Origin: Actinomycetota bacterium
GTDB lineage: Bacteria; Actinomycetota; Acidimicrobiia; Spongiisociales; UBA11373
DNA length: 64,000 bases
Assembly: GCA_020444505.1 (NCBI GenBank)
Contig: JAHLKU010000003.1
Coordinates: forward strand, 21,824-85,823
Direction of reading: 5' to 3'
This document shows, in pieces, positions 38,702 to 48,857 of the stretch. The first letter of the stretch is position 1. The number at the start of each line of letters is the position of its first letter. Position numbers and translations under genes: made by a program. The notes under the pieces were generated by a model. That model worked only from the letters and a program-made list of their open reading frames with translations. It ran no database searches and was not told the origin of the DNA.

Positions 38702-39046
38702 CTGCGCATCGACCCGTCGAGCGGCGTGCCGCTCTACCTCCAGTTGTCGGCGGCGCTGCGGCGCGCCCTCGCCGAGGGCGAGGTCGATCCGGGCGACCGC
38801 CTGCCCCCGGCGCGCGAGATGGCCGCCTCCCTCGGGGTGAACATGCACACCGTGCTGCGCTCGTACCGCGAACTGCGCGACGAGGGCCTGCTCGACCTCC
38901 GGCGCGGAAGGGGCGCCGTCGTGTGCGAAGGCGCCGGTGGCGACGCCGCCCTCCGGGCGATGGTGTCCGGCCTGGCCGCCGAAGCCCGCCGCCAGGGGCG
39001 CACGCCCGACGAGATCGGAGCCATGATCCGAGAGGAGATGCGATGA
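38696..39046 (+). CDS. GntR-family transcriptional regulator, short YtrA-like (HTH domain only, 116 aa)
   Basis: Winged HTH (GDRLPPAREMAASLGVNMHTVLRSYRELRDEGLLDLRRGRGAVV) with a short C-terminal helix, typical of the YtrA subfamily. Confidence 0.75.
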   Translation: MLLRIDPSSGVPLYLQLSAALRRALAEGEVDPGDRLPPAREMAASLGVNMHTVLRSYRELRDEGLLDLRRGRGAVVCEGAGGDAALRAMVSGLAAEARRQGRTPDEIGAMIREEMR

Positions 39047-39957
39047 AGCGGCTGGCGTTCCTGGTCGGCCCCGGCATCCTGCTGGTGGCCGTTGCGGTCC
39101 CCGCCGTCGCCTTCTGGGGCGACTTCCCCGACCCGATCGCCGTCCACTGGGGCCTGAGCGGGGCGCCGGATGGGGCGCTGGCCCCGGCGGTGCTGTTCGC
39201 CGGCCTCGGCGCGCTGATGGCCGCCGTCTGGTGGGGGGCCGCGCGCGCCGCCGCCCGGGCCACGGTCGAGGCGGGCTCGTACGCCGCAGGGCTGTGGTTC
39301 GTCGGCGGTCTGCTCGCAGCGGTCTCCTGGGTGGTGGCGCTGGCCAATCGCGGCGTCGCCGACTGGCACGATGCCGGCAGGGTCGGGTGGCCGGCGATCG
39401 TGGCCGTCGTGGGCGGCGGCCTGGCGGCGGGCGTGCTCGGCTGGCTGGCCGCCGGGGGCCCCGGGGAAGCGGCGCCGCCCGCTCCCGCCCCGGCGGCGAA
39501 GCCCGATGCCGGCCTGGTGTGGTCGGGGTCGGCGCGTGGCTGGGTCGTGGCCGTCGCGGCCCTCGTCGTCGTCGTGGCGGGCTTCGTGCAGTGGGGATGG
39601 CCGACCGTGGTCCTGGCCGCCGTGGGGGTGGTGCTCCTGGTGTTCTCCGAGGTCCGGCTCACGGTCGGGGCCGACGGCGCCGTCGTCGGACTCGGGCCGC
39701 TGGGCGTGCCGTTCTGGAAGATCCCGCTGGCGGACGTCACCGGTGCCGACGCCGAGCACGTGTCCCCGATGGCCTACGGCGGGTGGGGCTACCGGGGCCG
39801 TCCCGGCGTGCGCGCCGTGGTGATCCGGGGCGGGGACGGGGTTCGCCTCCGGCGCGCTCGCAAGCCCGACCTGATCGTGACGGTGGACGACGCCGAGCGC
39901 GGGGCGGCGGTGGTGAACGCGCTGGTGGGCGCCGGGGCCGATGGGGGCCCCGGCTAG
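39043..39957 (+). CDS. membrane protein (DUF1648/SdpI-like N-terminus) translationally coupled to the YtrA-like regulator
   Basis: ATG overlaps the regulator stop (ATGA). Multiple TM segments, a Trp/Gly-rich membrane domain and a C-terminal soluble region. Confidence 0.5.
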   Translation: MKRLAFLVGPGILLVAVAVPAVAFWGDFPDPIAVHWGLSGAPDGALAPAVLFAGLGALMAAVWWGAARAAARATVEAGSYAAGLWFVGGLLAAVSWVVALANRGVADWHDAGRVGWPAIVAVVGGGLAAGVLGWLAAGGPGEAAPPAPAPAAKPDAGLVWSGSARGWVVAVAALVVVVAGFVQWGWPTVVLAAVGVVLLVFSEVRLTVGADGAVVGLGPLGVPFWKIPLADVTGADAEHVSPMAYGGWGYRGRPGVRAVVIRGGDGVRLRRARKPDLIVTVDDAERGAAVVNALVGAGADGGPG

Positions 39958-40733
39958 ACCCCCTCGGGGCGCCGCGCCACCCACACCACCCACGACAGCA
40001 CCTGCCGGTCGCGACGGTGGTCTTCGGCCCAGCGGCGCTGCTCTTCGCGGTGCTCGTCCGCCCGCGGGCCCTCCCAGGCGGCCGCCGACCCGGCGATGCG
40101 GGCGTCGTATGCCTCGAAGGAGTCGTCGGGCACGACGGTGGGCACGGCATCGGTGAGGCCCAATCCAGCCAGTGCGGCCGCCTGCTCGTCGAGCGACGGC
40201 ATCCGCCCGTGCTCGGCGGCCACCGCGGCGGAGTCGGCGCCGGGCTTCAGCACGAGGTCGCCGATGGCCATCGTGCCGCCGGGGCGGCAGCGCCCTGCCA
40301 CGGCGCGCGCCGTGCCGGTGAACCCGTGCCAGACCCAGGACGCCCCCAGGCAGGTGACGGCATCCCAGTGCCCGGCGGGGTACGCCCTCGCATCGCCCAG
40401 CACCCACCGCAGGTCGGCGTCGGGCACCCGCCGGCGGGCCTCCCGGGCCGCCCGGGAGACGGCCCACGGCGACAGGTCCACCCCGGTGCCGGCCACCGGG
40501 CCGCGTTCGGCGGCACGGATCAGCAGTTCGCCGTGGCCGCAGGCGAGGTCGAGCATGCCGGCGCCCGGGGCGGGCGCCAGCGCGTCGAGCAACCGCTCGA
40601 GGTCGGCGGGGAGCATGGGGTTGCAGATCCGCATGCGATGGTGGAGCGCCTCGAACACCTCGAACCGCTCCCACGAGCCGGTCACGTCGGTGCCGGGGAG
40701 CACCTCCACGCCCGGGGGCAGCCGGGGCGTCAC
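39954..40733 (-). CDS. class I SAM-dependent methyltransferase
   Basis: Motif I (MLDLACGHGEL) and post-I (VDLS). GTG start overlapping the thioesterase stop (GTGA). The longer N-terminal extension in the track (to 40922) overlaps the upstream gene and is rejected. Confidence 0.6.
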   Translation of the reverse strand: MTPRLPPGVEVLPGTDVTGSWERFEVFEALHHRMRICNPMLPADLERLLDALAPAPGAGMLDLACGHGELLIRAAERGPVAGTGVDLSPWAVSRAAREARRRVPDADLRWVLGDARAYPAGHWDAVTCLGASWVWHGFTGTARAVAGRCRPGGTMAIGDLVLKPGADSAAVAAEHGRMPSLDEQAAALAGLGLTDAVPTVVPDDSFEAYDARIAGSAAAWEGPRADEHREEQRRWAEDHRRDRQVLSWVVWVARRPEGV

Positions 40734-41146
40734 CCGTACTCGACCCCGGTGACGGCGAACGTGCCGCCGCCCACCGCGGTCAGGCGCCCGGCGGCCGTGC
40801 GCACCTCGGCGTCGGCGGCGGCGAGGCGCCTGCCCAGCCGCACGATCTCGCCGGTGGCCACCAGGTCCTCGCCCTCCGCAGGCTCGAGCAGCCGGACGCT
40901 GAAGTCCACCGTGGAGATCCACGTGTCGTAGTGCACCGCGGCGGTGAACCAGGCGGCCGTGTCGATGAGGGTGGCGAAGACGCCGCCGTGGACCTGCCCG
41001 AGGCCGTGGTCCAGGAACGGGGCGTGGGCGATGCCGACCACGGCGCGGAGGTCGGCATCGAACCGCAGGGTCATCCCGAGGTGTGCGGCCAGCGGGGCGC
41101 GGCCGAACAGGTCGGTCATGCGGGTGGCGCGGGCGTCGGGTGTCAC
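40730..41146 (-). CDS. PaaI-family hotdog-fold thioesterase
   Basis: 138 aa. The HGGVFATLIDTA motif is typical of PaaI/YbgC-type thioesterases. Confidence 0.75.
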   Translation of the reverse strand: MTPDARATRMTDLFGRAPLAAHLGMTLRFDADLRAVVGIAHAPFLDHGLGQVHGGVFATLIDTAAWFTAAVHYDTWISTVDFSVRLLEPAEGEDLVATGEIVRLGRRLAAADAEVRTAAGRLTAVGGGTFAVTGVEYG

Positions 41147-41177
41147 GACCGGGATCGTACCGGCCCCGGCTCCCGGA

Positions 41178-42119
41178 TCAGACCAGGTCTTCCTCGCGGA
41201 GGCCGAAGGCGGGGTGGCGAAGCTTGGCCAGGGCCCGCTTCTCCAGCTGGCGGATGCGCTCGGGGGTCAGCTTCAGCGACCCGCCGATCTCCTCCAGCGT
41301 GCGCGGGATGCCGTCCTCGCCGAACCCGAAGCGGGCGGTGAGGATGTAGCGCTCCCGCTCGTCGAGGCGGGACACCGCGCTGCGCAGCTCGCGGGCCACG
41401 TCGGCGCGCTCGGCGGCCAGGCCGATGTCGTCGGCGTCGGCGTCGGCGATGAAGTCGGCGAGTTCGGCGCCGTCCTCGCCGACCGGCTGCTCGATGGACA
41501 CCTCGCTGGAGACGGCGAGGGCCCGCTCGACCTGCGCCAGGTCGATGCCGGTCTCCTCGGCGATCTCCTCGGGGCGGGGCTCCCGGCCCAGGATGCCGCG
41601 GAGCGTGGAGGAGGCGGAGCGGATCGTGCCGAGGGTCTCGTGCAGGTGCACCGGGATCCGGACCACCCGGGACTTCTCGGCGACGGCGCGCTGCAGCGCC
41701 TGGCGGATCCACCAGGTGGCGTAGGTGGAGAACTTGAAGCCCTTGCGCCAGTCGAACTTCTCGACGGCCCGGATGAGGCCCAGGTTGCCTTCCTGGACCA
41801 GATCGCCCATCTCGAGCCCGTTGGCGTTGGCGAAGCGGCGGGCGTTGGCGACCACCAGGCGCAGGTTGGAGGCGACGAAGCGGTCCTTGGCCTGGCGCCC
41901 GAGCCGGGCCTCGCGGCGGAGCCGGGTCTGGTCGACCTTGCCGTCGTAGTCGCCGCTCTCGAGCCGCTCGGCGGCCTCGCGGCCGGCCTCGATGGCCTGC
42001 GCCAGTTCGACCTCCTCGTCTGCCGTGAGCAGGTCGTAGCGCCCCATCTCCTCCATGTAGAGGGTGAGGCCGTCGGGAAGCGGCTCCGTGCGCGGTCGTG
42101 CGGTCATCGTGGTCATCAC
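41178..42119 (-). CDS. RNA polymerase sigma-70 family sigma factor (group 1/2-like, regions 1.2–4)
   Basis: Region 2 (NLRLVVANARRF ... DLVQEGNLGLIRAVEKFD ... FSTYATWWIRQ), region 3 and region 4 (LTPERIRQLEKRALAKLR). Confidence 0.9.
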   Translation of the reverse strand: MMTTMTARPRTEPLPDGLTLYMEEMGRYDLLTADEEVELAQAIEAGREAAERLESGDYDGKVDQTRLRREARLGRQAKDRFVASNLRLVVANARRFANANGLEMGDLVQEGNLGLIRAVEKFDWRKGFKFSTYATWWIRQALQRAVAEKSRVVRIPVHLHETLGTIRSASSTLRGILGREPRPEEIAEETGIDLAQVERALAVSSEVSIEQPVGEDGAELADFIADADADDIGLAAERADVARELRSAVSRLDERERYILTARFGFGEDGIPRTLEEIGGSLKLTPERIRQLEKRALAKLRHPAFGLREEDLV

Positions 42120-42213
42120 TGGCTAGAACGACCGGGTGGGGCCGGAGATTCCCGGTTTTCGCGCCGTCCGGCACTCCTAGGCTGCCCGGGTAGGGAGTGA
42201 GGAGGAGACGGGC

Positions 42214-43110
42214 ATGGCCGACATCGTGGTGGTGGGGAGCCTGAACGAGGACACCACGGTCCGTGTCGCCCATCTCCCGCACCCCGGCGAGACCGTGCTC
42301 GGCCAGGGGCATTTCTCCGATGCCGGTGGCAAGGGTGCCAACCAGGCGGTCGCCGCCGCCCGGCTGGGCGCCGCCGTGGCCATGATCGGGATGGTGGGCG
42401 CCGACGCCCAGGGCGCCCGGCTGCTGGCGGGGCTCCGCGCCGCCGGGGTGGACACGGCGGCGGTCGGCAAGTCGCCCGAAGCCGCGACCGGCCTGGCGCT
42501 GATCACCGTCGACGAGCACGGCGAGAACATGATCGTGGTCAGCCCCGGGGCCAACGCCGTCCTCCGCCCCGCCGACGTGGCCGCCGCCGGCCTGGTCGAG
42601 GAGGCCGGCATCACGCTGCTGCAACTGGAGATCCGCGCCGACACGGTGCAGGAGGCCGCCGTCAGGAGCCGGGGCACGGTGATCCTGAACCCGGCTCCCG
42701 CCCGCCACCTGGACGCCGCGCTCCTCGCCGAGGTGGACGTCCTGATCCCGAATCGCACCGAACTGGCCGCCCTTGCCGGCGCCCCCGAGCCCGGCACCAT
42801 CGAGGAGGCGGCCGCCCTGGCGGCGGCGATCCGGGGGCCCGGCGCCGTGGTGGTGACCCTCGGTGCCGAGGGGGCGCTGCTGGTGGAGGGCGGCAGGTCG
42901 CTGCACGTGCCCGCGGTGCCGGTGGCGCCGGTGGACCCGACGGGTGCCGGCGACGCGTTCTGCGCCGGCATGGCCGACGCACTGGTGCGGGGCGCCGCCA
43001 TCGACGAGGCCGTGCGGTGGGCGGTGCGGTGCGGAGCCGCCGCCACCACGCGCTGGGGCGCCCAGGCGGCGCTGCCGCGGCGCGCCGACGTGGAGGCGCT
43101 GGCGCCGTGA
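42214..43110 (+). CDS. rbsK: ribokinase (PfkB family)
   Basis: N-terminal GG motif (GGKGANQAVAAARLGA) and C-terminal anion-hole DPTGAGDAF, a classic ribokinase pattern. Confidence 0.85.
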   Translation: MADIVVVGSLNEDTTVRVAHLPHPGETVLGQGHFSDAGGKGANQAVAAARLGAAVAMIGMVGADAQGARLLAGLRAAGVDTAAVGKSPEAATGLALITVDEHGENMIVVSPGANAVLRPADVAAAGLVEEAGITLLQLEIRADTVQEAAVRSRGTVILNPAPARHLDAALLAEVDVLIPNRTELAALAGAPEPGTIEEAAALAAAIRGPGAVVVTLGAEGALLVEGGRSLHVPAVPVAPVDPTGAGDAFCAGMADALVRGAAIDEAVRWAVRCGAAATTRWGAQAALPRRADVEALAP

Positions 43111-44039
43111 CCCGGCGGATCGTGATCGACACCGACCCCGGCCAGGACGACGCCGTCGCCCTGCTGCTCGCCCTCGCATCCCCCGAGCTGGAGGTGGCCG
43201 CCGTCACCGCCGTCGCCGGCAATGTGCCGCTGTCGCGCACCTCGGTCAACGCCCGGGTGGTGTGCGAGCTGGCGGGGCGGCCGGACGTGCCGGTGTATGC
43301 CGGGTGCGACCGGCCCCTGCGACGCGAGCCGTACACCGCCGAGTACGTCCACGGCCCGACGGGGCTGGACGGGGCCGACCTGCCCGAACCGGTCATGCCG
43401 CTCGCCGACGGCCATGCGGTGGACGCCCTGGCCCGTCTGTTGACCGCGGCCGAGCCGGCGTCGGTGACCCTCTGCACCCTGGGGCCGCTCACCAACGTGG
43501 CGACGCTGCTCCGCGACCATCCCGGCGCCGGCCGCGGCCTCGCCGGCATCGTCGCGATGGGCGGGGGGTTCTTCGAGGGAGGCAACACCACGCCGGCAGC
43601 GGAGTTCAACATCTACGTGGACCCCGAGGCCGCCGACATCGTGTTCCGGTCGGGGCTGCCGCTGACGTTGTTCCCGCTCGACGCCACCCACCAGGTGCTG
43701 ATCCTCGACGACCACCTGCGCAGGCTGCGGGCGCTGGGGCGGGTCGGCCGGGCCGTCGCCGGGTGGCTGGAGTTCTACGAACGGTGGGACGTGGCCAAGT
43801 ACGGCTTCGAGGGCGGGCCGCTGCACGACCCCTGCGTGATCGCCTACCTGCTCGCCCCCGGGCTGTTCGGCGGAAAGGACTGCAACGTCCAGATCGAGGT
43901 CGAGTCGCCGCTGACCGTGGGGATGACGGTGGTGGACTGGTGGGGCGTCACCGGGGACCCCGCCAACTGCCACGTGGTGCGCGACGTGGACGCCGAAGGG
44001 TTCTTCGATCTGCTGATCGAGCGTCTCGGCAGGCTGTGA
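43107..44039 (+). CDS. nucleoside hydrolase (inosine-uridine preferring, IU-NH family)
   Basis: N-terminal DTDPGQDD aspartate cluster fingerprint. GTG overlaps the ribokinase stop. Confidence 0.85.
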   Translation: MTRRIVIDTDPGQDDAVALLLALASPELEVAAVTAVAGNVPLSRTSVNARVVCELAGRPDVPVYAGCDRPLRREPYTAEYVHGPTGLDGADLPEPVMPLADGHAVDALARLLTAAEPASVTLCTLGPLTNVATLLRDHPGAGRGLAGIVAMGGGFFEGGNTTPAAEFNIYVDPEAADIVFRSGLPLTLFPLDATHQVLILDDHLRRLRALGRVGRAVAGWLEFYERWDVAKYGFEGGPLHDPCVIAYLLAPGLFGGKDCNVQIEVESPLTVGMTVVDWWGVTGDPANCHVVRDVDAEGFFDLLIERLGRL

Positions 44040-44048
44040 ACCGGGCCG

Positions 44049-44561
44049 TCAGGGTGCCCGCAACGTGCCGTCGGTGAACAGCCGGGGCGGGAGCAGCCAC
44101 CGCAGCCTGCAGGTGCCGGGACCGATCGCCTCCCAGGACGACACCAGGGTCTCCAGCCCCGCTGCGGCCGCGGTGGGCATCCGTACCCTGCCGCCGCCCG
44201 CCAGCACCGACACGGTCTCGGACCAGGTGGGCTCGTGACCGACCACCAGCACCCGGATCGACGGCCCCGGCACCGCCTTGACGGCGGCGAGCACGTCGGC
44301 GGGCCCGCCGCCGTAGAGGTCGTCGACCACCATCACCTCGGCGCTCCACCCGCCGGCTGCGGCGGCCATCTCGGCGGTGGTGAACGCCCGCACCGCCGGC
44401 GAGGTGAGGATGAAGTCCGGCACCCGGCCGGCGGCGGTGAGCACCCGGCCCATGGTGTCGGCGGCGGCCCTGCCCCGGGCCGATAACGGCCGGCGGGCGT
44501 CGAGCTCGAACGACGCCTCCCAGTCGGACTTGGCGTGCCGCATCAGGATCAACTCGGCCAT
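44049..44561 (-). CDS. sixA: phosphohistidine phosphatase SixA (histidine phosphatase superfamily)
   Basis: RHAKS catalytic motif at the N-terminus (LMRHAKSDWE), about 170 aa. The start overlaps the upstream stop. Confidence 0.75.
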   Translation of the reverse strand: MAELILMRHAKSDWEASFELDARRPLSARGRAAADTMGRVLTAAGRVPDFILTSPAVRAFTTAEMAAAAGGWSAEVMVVDDLYGGGPADVLAAVKAVPGPSIRVLVVGHEPTWSETVSVLAGGGRVRMPTAAAAGLETLVSSWEAIGPGTCRLRWLLPPRLFTDGTLRAP

Positions 44562-45193
44562 CACACCATCCCCACCGAGAGGGCGAAGAGCACCTGGGCC
44601 GCGTAGTACAGGGGCAGCCCCACGATGCGGTTGTCGAACCCCCGGGCGACGAACTGGTCCCGGGCCACGAAGAGGTCGGAGACGTAGAACAGGGAGGCAC
44701 CGGTCAGCACCGGCCACGGCGCGCCGCCCGACGACGCCCCGACGGCGGCGGCGACCATGGCCGTGATCACCACCAGGTAGGCGATCACCGGCGGCCGCAG
44801 CCCCCGGGGGACGTGGGGGAGCAGCCATCGGCCGACGGCCGCCGCCACGGCGGCGAGGATCCCGGCGGCCACGACGGCGGCGATGGCCCGGATGCCGAGG
44901 TCCCCGAAGGCGCCGAGGAAGGCGACGTGGGCCGCCAGGAAGGCGCCGAGGCCGGCGGCGAACATCGGGCGGAGATCGATGGACAGCGCCACGTCGCCCA
45001 CCCAGGCCAGGGCGAGGGCCGCGAGCACCCAGCGTCCGTAGGTGGTGTCGGACGCGCCGGAGGCGAGGGCCAGCGCCAGGTAGCCGGCTGAGGCCGCCGC
45101 CTTGGGCCACACCCGCCAACCCTCCCTGGTCCGCTCTCCGACGAGGGTGACGGCCAGCGAGACGGCGACGGCCGCGACCAGGGCGACTTCCAT
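44561..45193 (-). CDS. lysoplasmalogenase family membrane protein (YhhN)
   Basis: 210 aa with 7–8 TM helices and a YhhN-like pattern. Confidence 0.6.
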   Translation of the reverse strand: MEVALVAAVAVSLAVTLVGERTREGWRVWPKAAASAGYLALALASGASDTTYGRWVLAALALAWVGDVALSIDLRPMFAAGLGAFLAAHVAFLGAFGDLGIRAIAAVVAAGILAAVAAAVGRWLLPHVPRGLRPPVIAYLVVITAMVAAAVGASSGGAPWPVLTGASLFYVSDLFVARDQFVARGFDNRIVGLPLYYAAQVLFALSVGMV

Positions 45194-45226
45194 GGCGCCG
45201 AGCCTACCCCTGCGAGGCGGGTGCGC

Positions 45227-46336
45227 TCAGAGGCGCTCCAGCACGTGGTCGAGGGCGGCGGCGAGGCGCTCCACGTCGTCGAGGGCGACGTTGGGGAACA
45301 TGCCGAATCGCACGGTGTTGCCGCCCATCTTCCGGTAGCCGCGGGTGTCGAGGTAGCCGTTCGCCTCCAGGACGTCGGACACCTCGGCGGCGTCGGGACC
45401 CTCGATCTCCAGGCTCACCACGGTGGGGCTGCGATGGGCGGGGTCGGTCACGAAGGGGCGGGCCCGCTCCGATCGCTCCGCCCACTCGTACAGCACGCTC
45501 GATGCCCGGCGGCAGTGCTCGGCGGCGGCGGCCAGGCCGCCCCGGGCGGCCATCCACTCGATCTGGTCGGCCAGCAGGAACAGGGTGGCCAGTGCCGGGG
45601 TGTTGACGGTCTGGTCTCGTCGCGAGGCCGCCAGCGCGGCGGCCAGGTCCAGCATCGCCGGCACCGCCCGCCCGGCGGCGAGGCGCTCGACGCGCTCGAC
45701 GGCGGCGGGGGACAGCAGTGCGAGCCACAGTCCGCCCTCGGCGCCGAAGGCCTTCTGGGGCGAGAAGTAGTACGCGTCGAAGTGCGCGGGATCCACCTCC
45801 ATGGCCCCCGCCGCCGAGGTGGCGTCCACCAGCACCAGGGCGTCTCCCCGGGGGCGGTGGACCGGCATCCACACGCCGGTGGACGTCTCGTTGTGGGTCT
45901 CGGCCACGGCGTCGGCCCCGGTGGCGCCCACCGGGTCGGGGCGCGAGCCCGGCGGGGCGGCGGCCGTGTCGGGAGGGTCCAGATGGGGGGCGGCGGTCAC
46001 CGCGGCGGCGAAGCGGTCGGAGAACGCCCCGAATGTGTAGTGCAGGCTGCGCCGCTCGATCAGGGTGGCGACGGCGGCGTCCCAGAACAGCGTGGCGCCC
46101 CCGTTGCCGAGGGCCACCTCGTAGCCGTCGGGCAGGCCGTAGAGGGCGGCCAGGCCGGCGCGGATGCGGGCGACCACGTCGCGCACGCCGGGGCGGCGGT
46201 GGCTGGTGCCCAGGTAGGTGGCGCCGGTGGCGGCGAGGGCGGAGAGGGCCTCGGTGCGGACCAGCGACGGGCCGGACCCGAAGCGCCCGTCGCGGGGCGT
46301 GAGGCCGGGCGGGAGGGTGATGGCTGCGGGGCTCAC
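45227..46336 (-). CDS. serC: phosphoserine aminotransferase (actinobacterial SerC type)
   Basis: Aligns along its length with mycobacterial SerC ([10 protein letters not shown] ... GTSHR ... LPDGYEVxLGNGGAT ... HNETSTGV ... [18 protein letters not shown] ... YNTPA). Start placed at GTG 46336 to avoid overlapping the divergent aspC-like start. The alternative ATG 46381 is noted. Confidence 0.8.
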   Translation of the reverse strand: MSPAAITLPPGLTPRDGRFGSGPSLVRTEALSALAATGATYLGTSHRRPGVRDVVARIRAGLAALYGLPDGYEVALGNGGATLFWDAAVATLIERRSLHYTFGAFSDRFAAAVTAAPHLDPPDTAAAPPGSRPDPVGATGADAVAETHNETSTGVWMPVHRPRGDALVLVDATSAAGAMEVDPAHFDAYYFSPQKAFGAEGGLWLALLSPAAVERVERLAAGRAVPAMLDLAAALAASRRDQTVNTPALATLFLLADQIEWMAARGGLAAAAEHCRRASSVLYEWAERSERARPFVTDPAHRSPTVVSLEIEGPDAAEVSDVLEANGYLDTRGYRKMGGNTVRFGMFPNVALDDVERLAAALDHVLERL

Positions 46337-46379
46337 GATTGCCGATAACCTACCGTCTCGCGCACCTTTGGGGGCTGGC

Positions 46380-47573
46380 ATGAGGAAGATCTCGCTGCGG
46401 CTGGCGGCGATCGAGGAGTCGGCGACCCTGGCCATCACGGCCAAGGCGAAGGCGCTGCGGGCCGCCGGGGAGCCGGTGATCGGGTTCGGCGCCGGGGAGC
46501 CCGACTTCCCGACGCCGCCGCACGTGGTGGAGGCGGCGGTCGCCGCCTGCCGGATGCCGTCGGCGCACAAGTACAGCCCCGCCGCCGGCCTGGGGGACCT
46601 GCGGGAGGCGATCGCCGAGGTCACCGCCCGCGATGCCGGCTACGAGGCCGAAGCGTCCCAGGTGGTGGTGACCAACGGCGCCAAGTTCGCCATCTTCTCC
46701 GCCCTGGCCGCGGTCCTCGACCCGGGTGACGAGGTGCTCATGCCGGCGCCCTACTGGGTGACGTACCCGGAGGCGATCGCGCTGTCGGGCGGGACCATGG
46801 TGCCGGTGGCGACCGACGTGGCGTCGGGGTTCCGGGTCACGGTGGACCAACTGGAGGCGGCCAGGACCCCCAGGACCAAGGCGCTCATCTTCGTCTCGCC
46901 GTCCAATCCCACCGGGGCGGTCTACCCGCCGGAGCGGATCGCTGCGATCGGGCGGTGGGCCGCGGAGCACGGCATCTGGGTGATCACCGACGAGATCTAC
47001 CAGTACCTCGTGTACGGCGACACGCCGTTCGCCTCGATGCCGGTGGTGGCCCCCGAGGTGGCGAGCCACTGCCTGGTGGTCAACGGCGTCTCGAAGACGT
47101 ATGCGATGACCGGCTGGCGGGTGGGGTGGCTGATCGCCCCGCAGGACATCGCCACGGCGGTGACGCGCTTCCAGTCGCACGCCACCTCCAACGTCGACAA
47201 CATCGCCCAGCACGCCGCCCTCGCCGCCCTCCGCGGCGGGCTGGAGCCGGTGGAGGAGATGCGGCTGGCCTTTGACCGGCGCCGCAAGGTGATGCATCGC
47301 ATGTTGTCGGAGACGCCCGGTGTGGAGGTGATCGAGCCGGAGGGGGCGTTCTACGCCTTCCCCTCGGTGGGGGGCCTGCTGGGACGCGACCTGGGCGGGT
47401 CGGCCGCCGCGACCTCGATGGAGCTCGCCGGGCTGCTGCTGGAGCAGGAGAAGATCGCGGTGGTCCCCGGCGAGGCGTTCGGGGCGCCCGGCTACCTCCG
47501 CTTCTCGTTCGCCATGGGCGACGACGACATCGTGGAGGGCCTCGGGCGTCTGCAACGCCTGGCGGCGGGCTGA
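46380..47573 (+). CDS. pyridoxal-phosphate-dependent aminotransferase class I (aspartate aminotransferase-like)
   Basis: N-terminus [46 protein letters not shown] and PLP-lysine region ([13 protein letters not shown]) are typical of AspC-type enzymes. Confidence 0.85.
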   Translation: MRKISLRLAAIEESATLAITAKAKALRAAGEPVIGFGAGEPDFPTPPHVVEAAVAACRMPSAHKYSPAAGLGDLREAIAEVTARDAGYEAEASQVVVTNGAKFAIFSALAAVLDPGDEVLMPAPYWVTYPEAIALSGGTMVPVATDVASGFRVTVDQLEAARTPRTKALIFVSPSNPTGAVYPPERIAAIGRWAAEHGIWVITDEIYQYLVYGDTPFASMPVVAPEVASHCLVVNGVSKTYAMTGWRVGWLIAPQDIATAVTRFQSHATSNVDNIAQHAALAALRGGLEPVEEMRLAFDRRRKVMHRMLSETPGVEVIEPEGAFYAFPSVGGLLGRDLGGSAAATSMELAGLLLEQEKIAVVPGEAFGAPGYLRFSFAMGDDDIVEGLGRLQRLAAG

Positions 47574-47577
47574 CCGC

Positions 47578-48006
47578 TCAGCCGGGCCCGGCCAGGATCT
47601 CGAGCGCCTGCCGGTAGCCCTCGGCGCCGTGCCCGGAGATCATCGCCGCGCACGCCGGGGCGGTCACCGAGGTCGCCCGCCACGGTTCCCGTGCCCCGAT
47701 GTCGGACAGGTGCACTTCGATCACCCGCAGCCCGGTGGCCAGCACCGCGTCGTGGAGGGCGTAGGAGGTGTGGGCGAGGGCCCCGGGGTTCATCACCACC
47801 GCGTCGGCGGTCCCGATGGCCCCGTGGAGCCGGTCGATGAGCGCCCCCTCGTGGTTCGACTGGAACGTCTCGATCTCCATGCCGAGGCCGGCCGCCCACG
47901 CCCGGCACCGGTCCTCCAGCTCCGGGAGGGTGGCGGCGCCGTACACCTCGGGCTGGCGGGTGCCCAGCAGGTTCAGGTTGGGGCCGTGGAGCAGCAGCAC
48001 TCGCAT
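47578..48006 (-). CDS. aroQ: type II 3-dehydroquinate dehydratase
   Basis: 142 aa. N-terminus MRVLLLHGPNLNLLGTRQPEVYG and HEGALID ... HLSDI motifs are diagnostic. Confidence 0.9.
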   Translation of the reverse strand: MRVLLLHGPNLNLLGTRQPEVYGAATLPELEDRCRAWAAGLGMEIETFQSNHEGALIDRLHGAIGTADAVVMNPGALAHTSYALHDAVLATGLRVIEVHLSDIGAREPWRATSVTAPACAAMISGHGAEGYRQALEILAGPG

Positions 48007-48015
48007 GGCGCCAGG

Positions 48016-48798
48016 CTATCGGAGCGGGGCCGCGGCGATGCGCTCGGCCAGTGCCAGGGTCTCGGGGTCGAACGCGCCGTCGCCGATCGTGCGGCCCTCG
48101 GCGAACGCCTCCCGGACGGCTTCGAGGACGCTGGCGGTGGTGACGGGGGCGTGGTCGGCGACGGCGCCGGTGGCGGCCGGGTCCCACGCCACGCCGAGCA
48201 CGCCGTACACCGGGGTGAGGGCCCGGTTGACCAGATCGGCTCTGCCGGCCACCACCACGCCCCCCACGAACGTGGCGCCGTCCACCAGGCGCTGGCCGAC
48301 ACCGGCCAGCTTCGCGGCGCCGCCCGCGTTGATGGAGTGCGACCCGGGGCAGTACTCGCCCGGGACCTCGCCGACCCTGGCATCGACGCCCAGCGAGCGG
48401 AGTGCGGCCCTCAGGATGGCGGCGACGGCGTCGAACCGGGCCCGGATGGCGGCTCGCGGCTCGGGGTCGGGGATCGCCCACCCGAAGGCGACGGTCTCCT
48501 CGTGGAACACGGCGGCGCGTCCCCCCGCGAGCCGCAGGTAGCTGCCGAACCCGGCGGCGGCGGCCGCCCGTTTCGCCTCGGCATAGGCGGGGTGCACGGC
48601 GTCGCGGCTCCCGAAGGCCACCACCCGGTCGGGGACGTGGAGCCGCAGCGTCTCGGGCAGCTCCCCGGCCGCGACCCGCTGCAGCAGGGCGCGCGACACC
48701 GCGGTGTCGAAGCGGGGCCTGCCGGGGTGGCGGTCGGTGACGACGGTGAGCTCGGAGGGCACGACACGGGAGCGTACCGGTGCGGGTGGACCACGCAC
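48016..48798 (-). CDS. lipoate–protein ligase family protein (BPL/LPL catalytic domain; LipB/LplA-like)
   Basis: BPL_LPL catalytic-domain pattern (RLAGGRAAVFHEETVAFGWAIP ... KLAGVGQRLVDGATFVGGVVV). The precise start is uncertain. Confidence 0.6.
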   Translation of the reverse strand: MRGPPAPVRSRVVPSELTVVTDRHPGRPRFDTAVSRALLQRVAAGELPETLRLHVPDRVVAFGSRDAVHPAYAEAKRAAAAAGFGSYLRLAGGRAAVFHEETVAFGWAIPDPEPRAAIRARFDAVAAILRAALRSLGVDARVGEVPGEYCPGSHSINAGGAAKLAGVGQRLVDGATFVGGVVVAGRADLVNRALTPVYGVLGVAWDPAATGAVADHAPVTTASVLEAVREAFAEGRTIGDGAFDPETLALAERIAAAPLR

Positions 48799-48857
48799 GC
48801 CGGGGTGCCGACCATAATCCGGGGGAGCCCGGCCGGATGCCGGGCCGAGGAGGCCCC

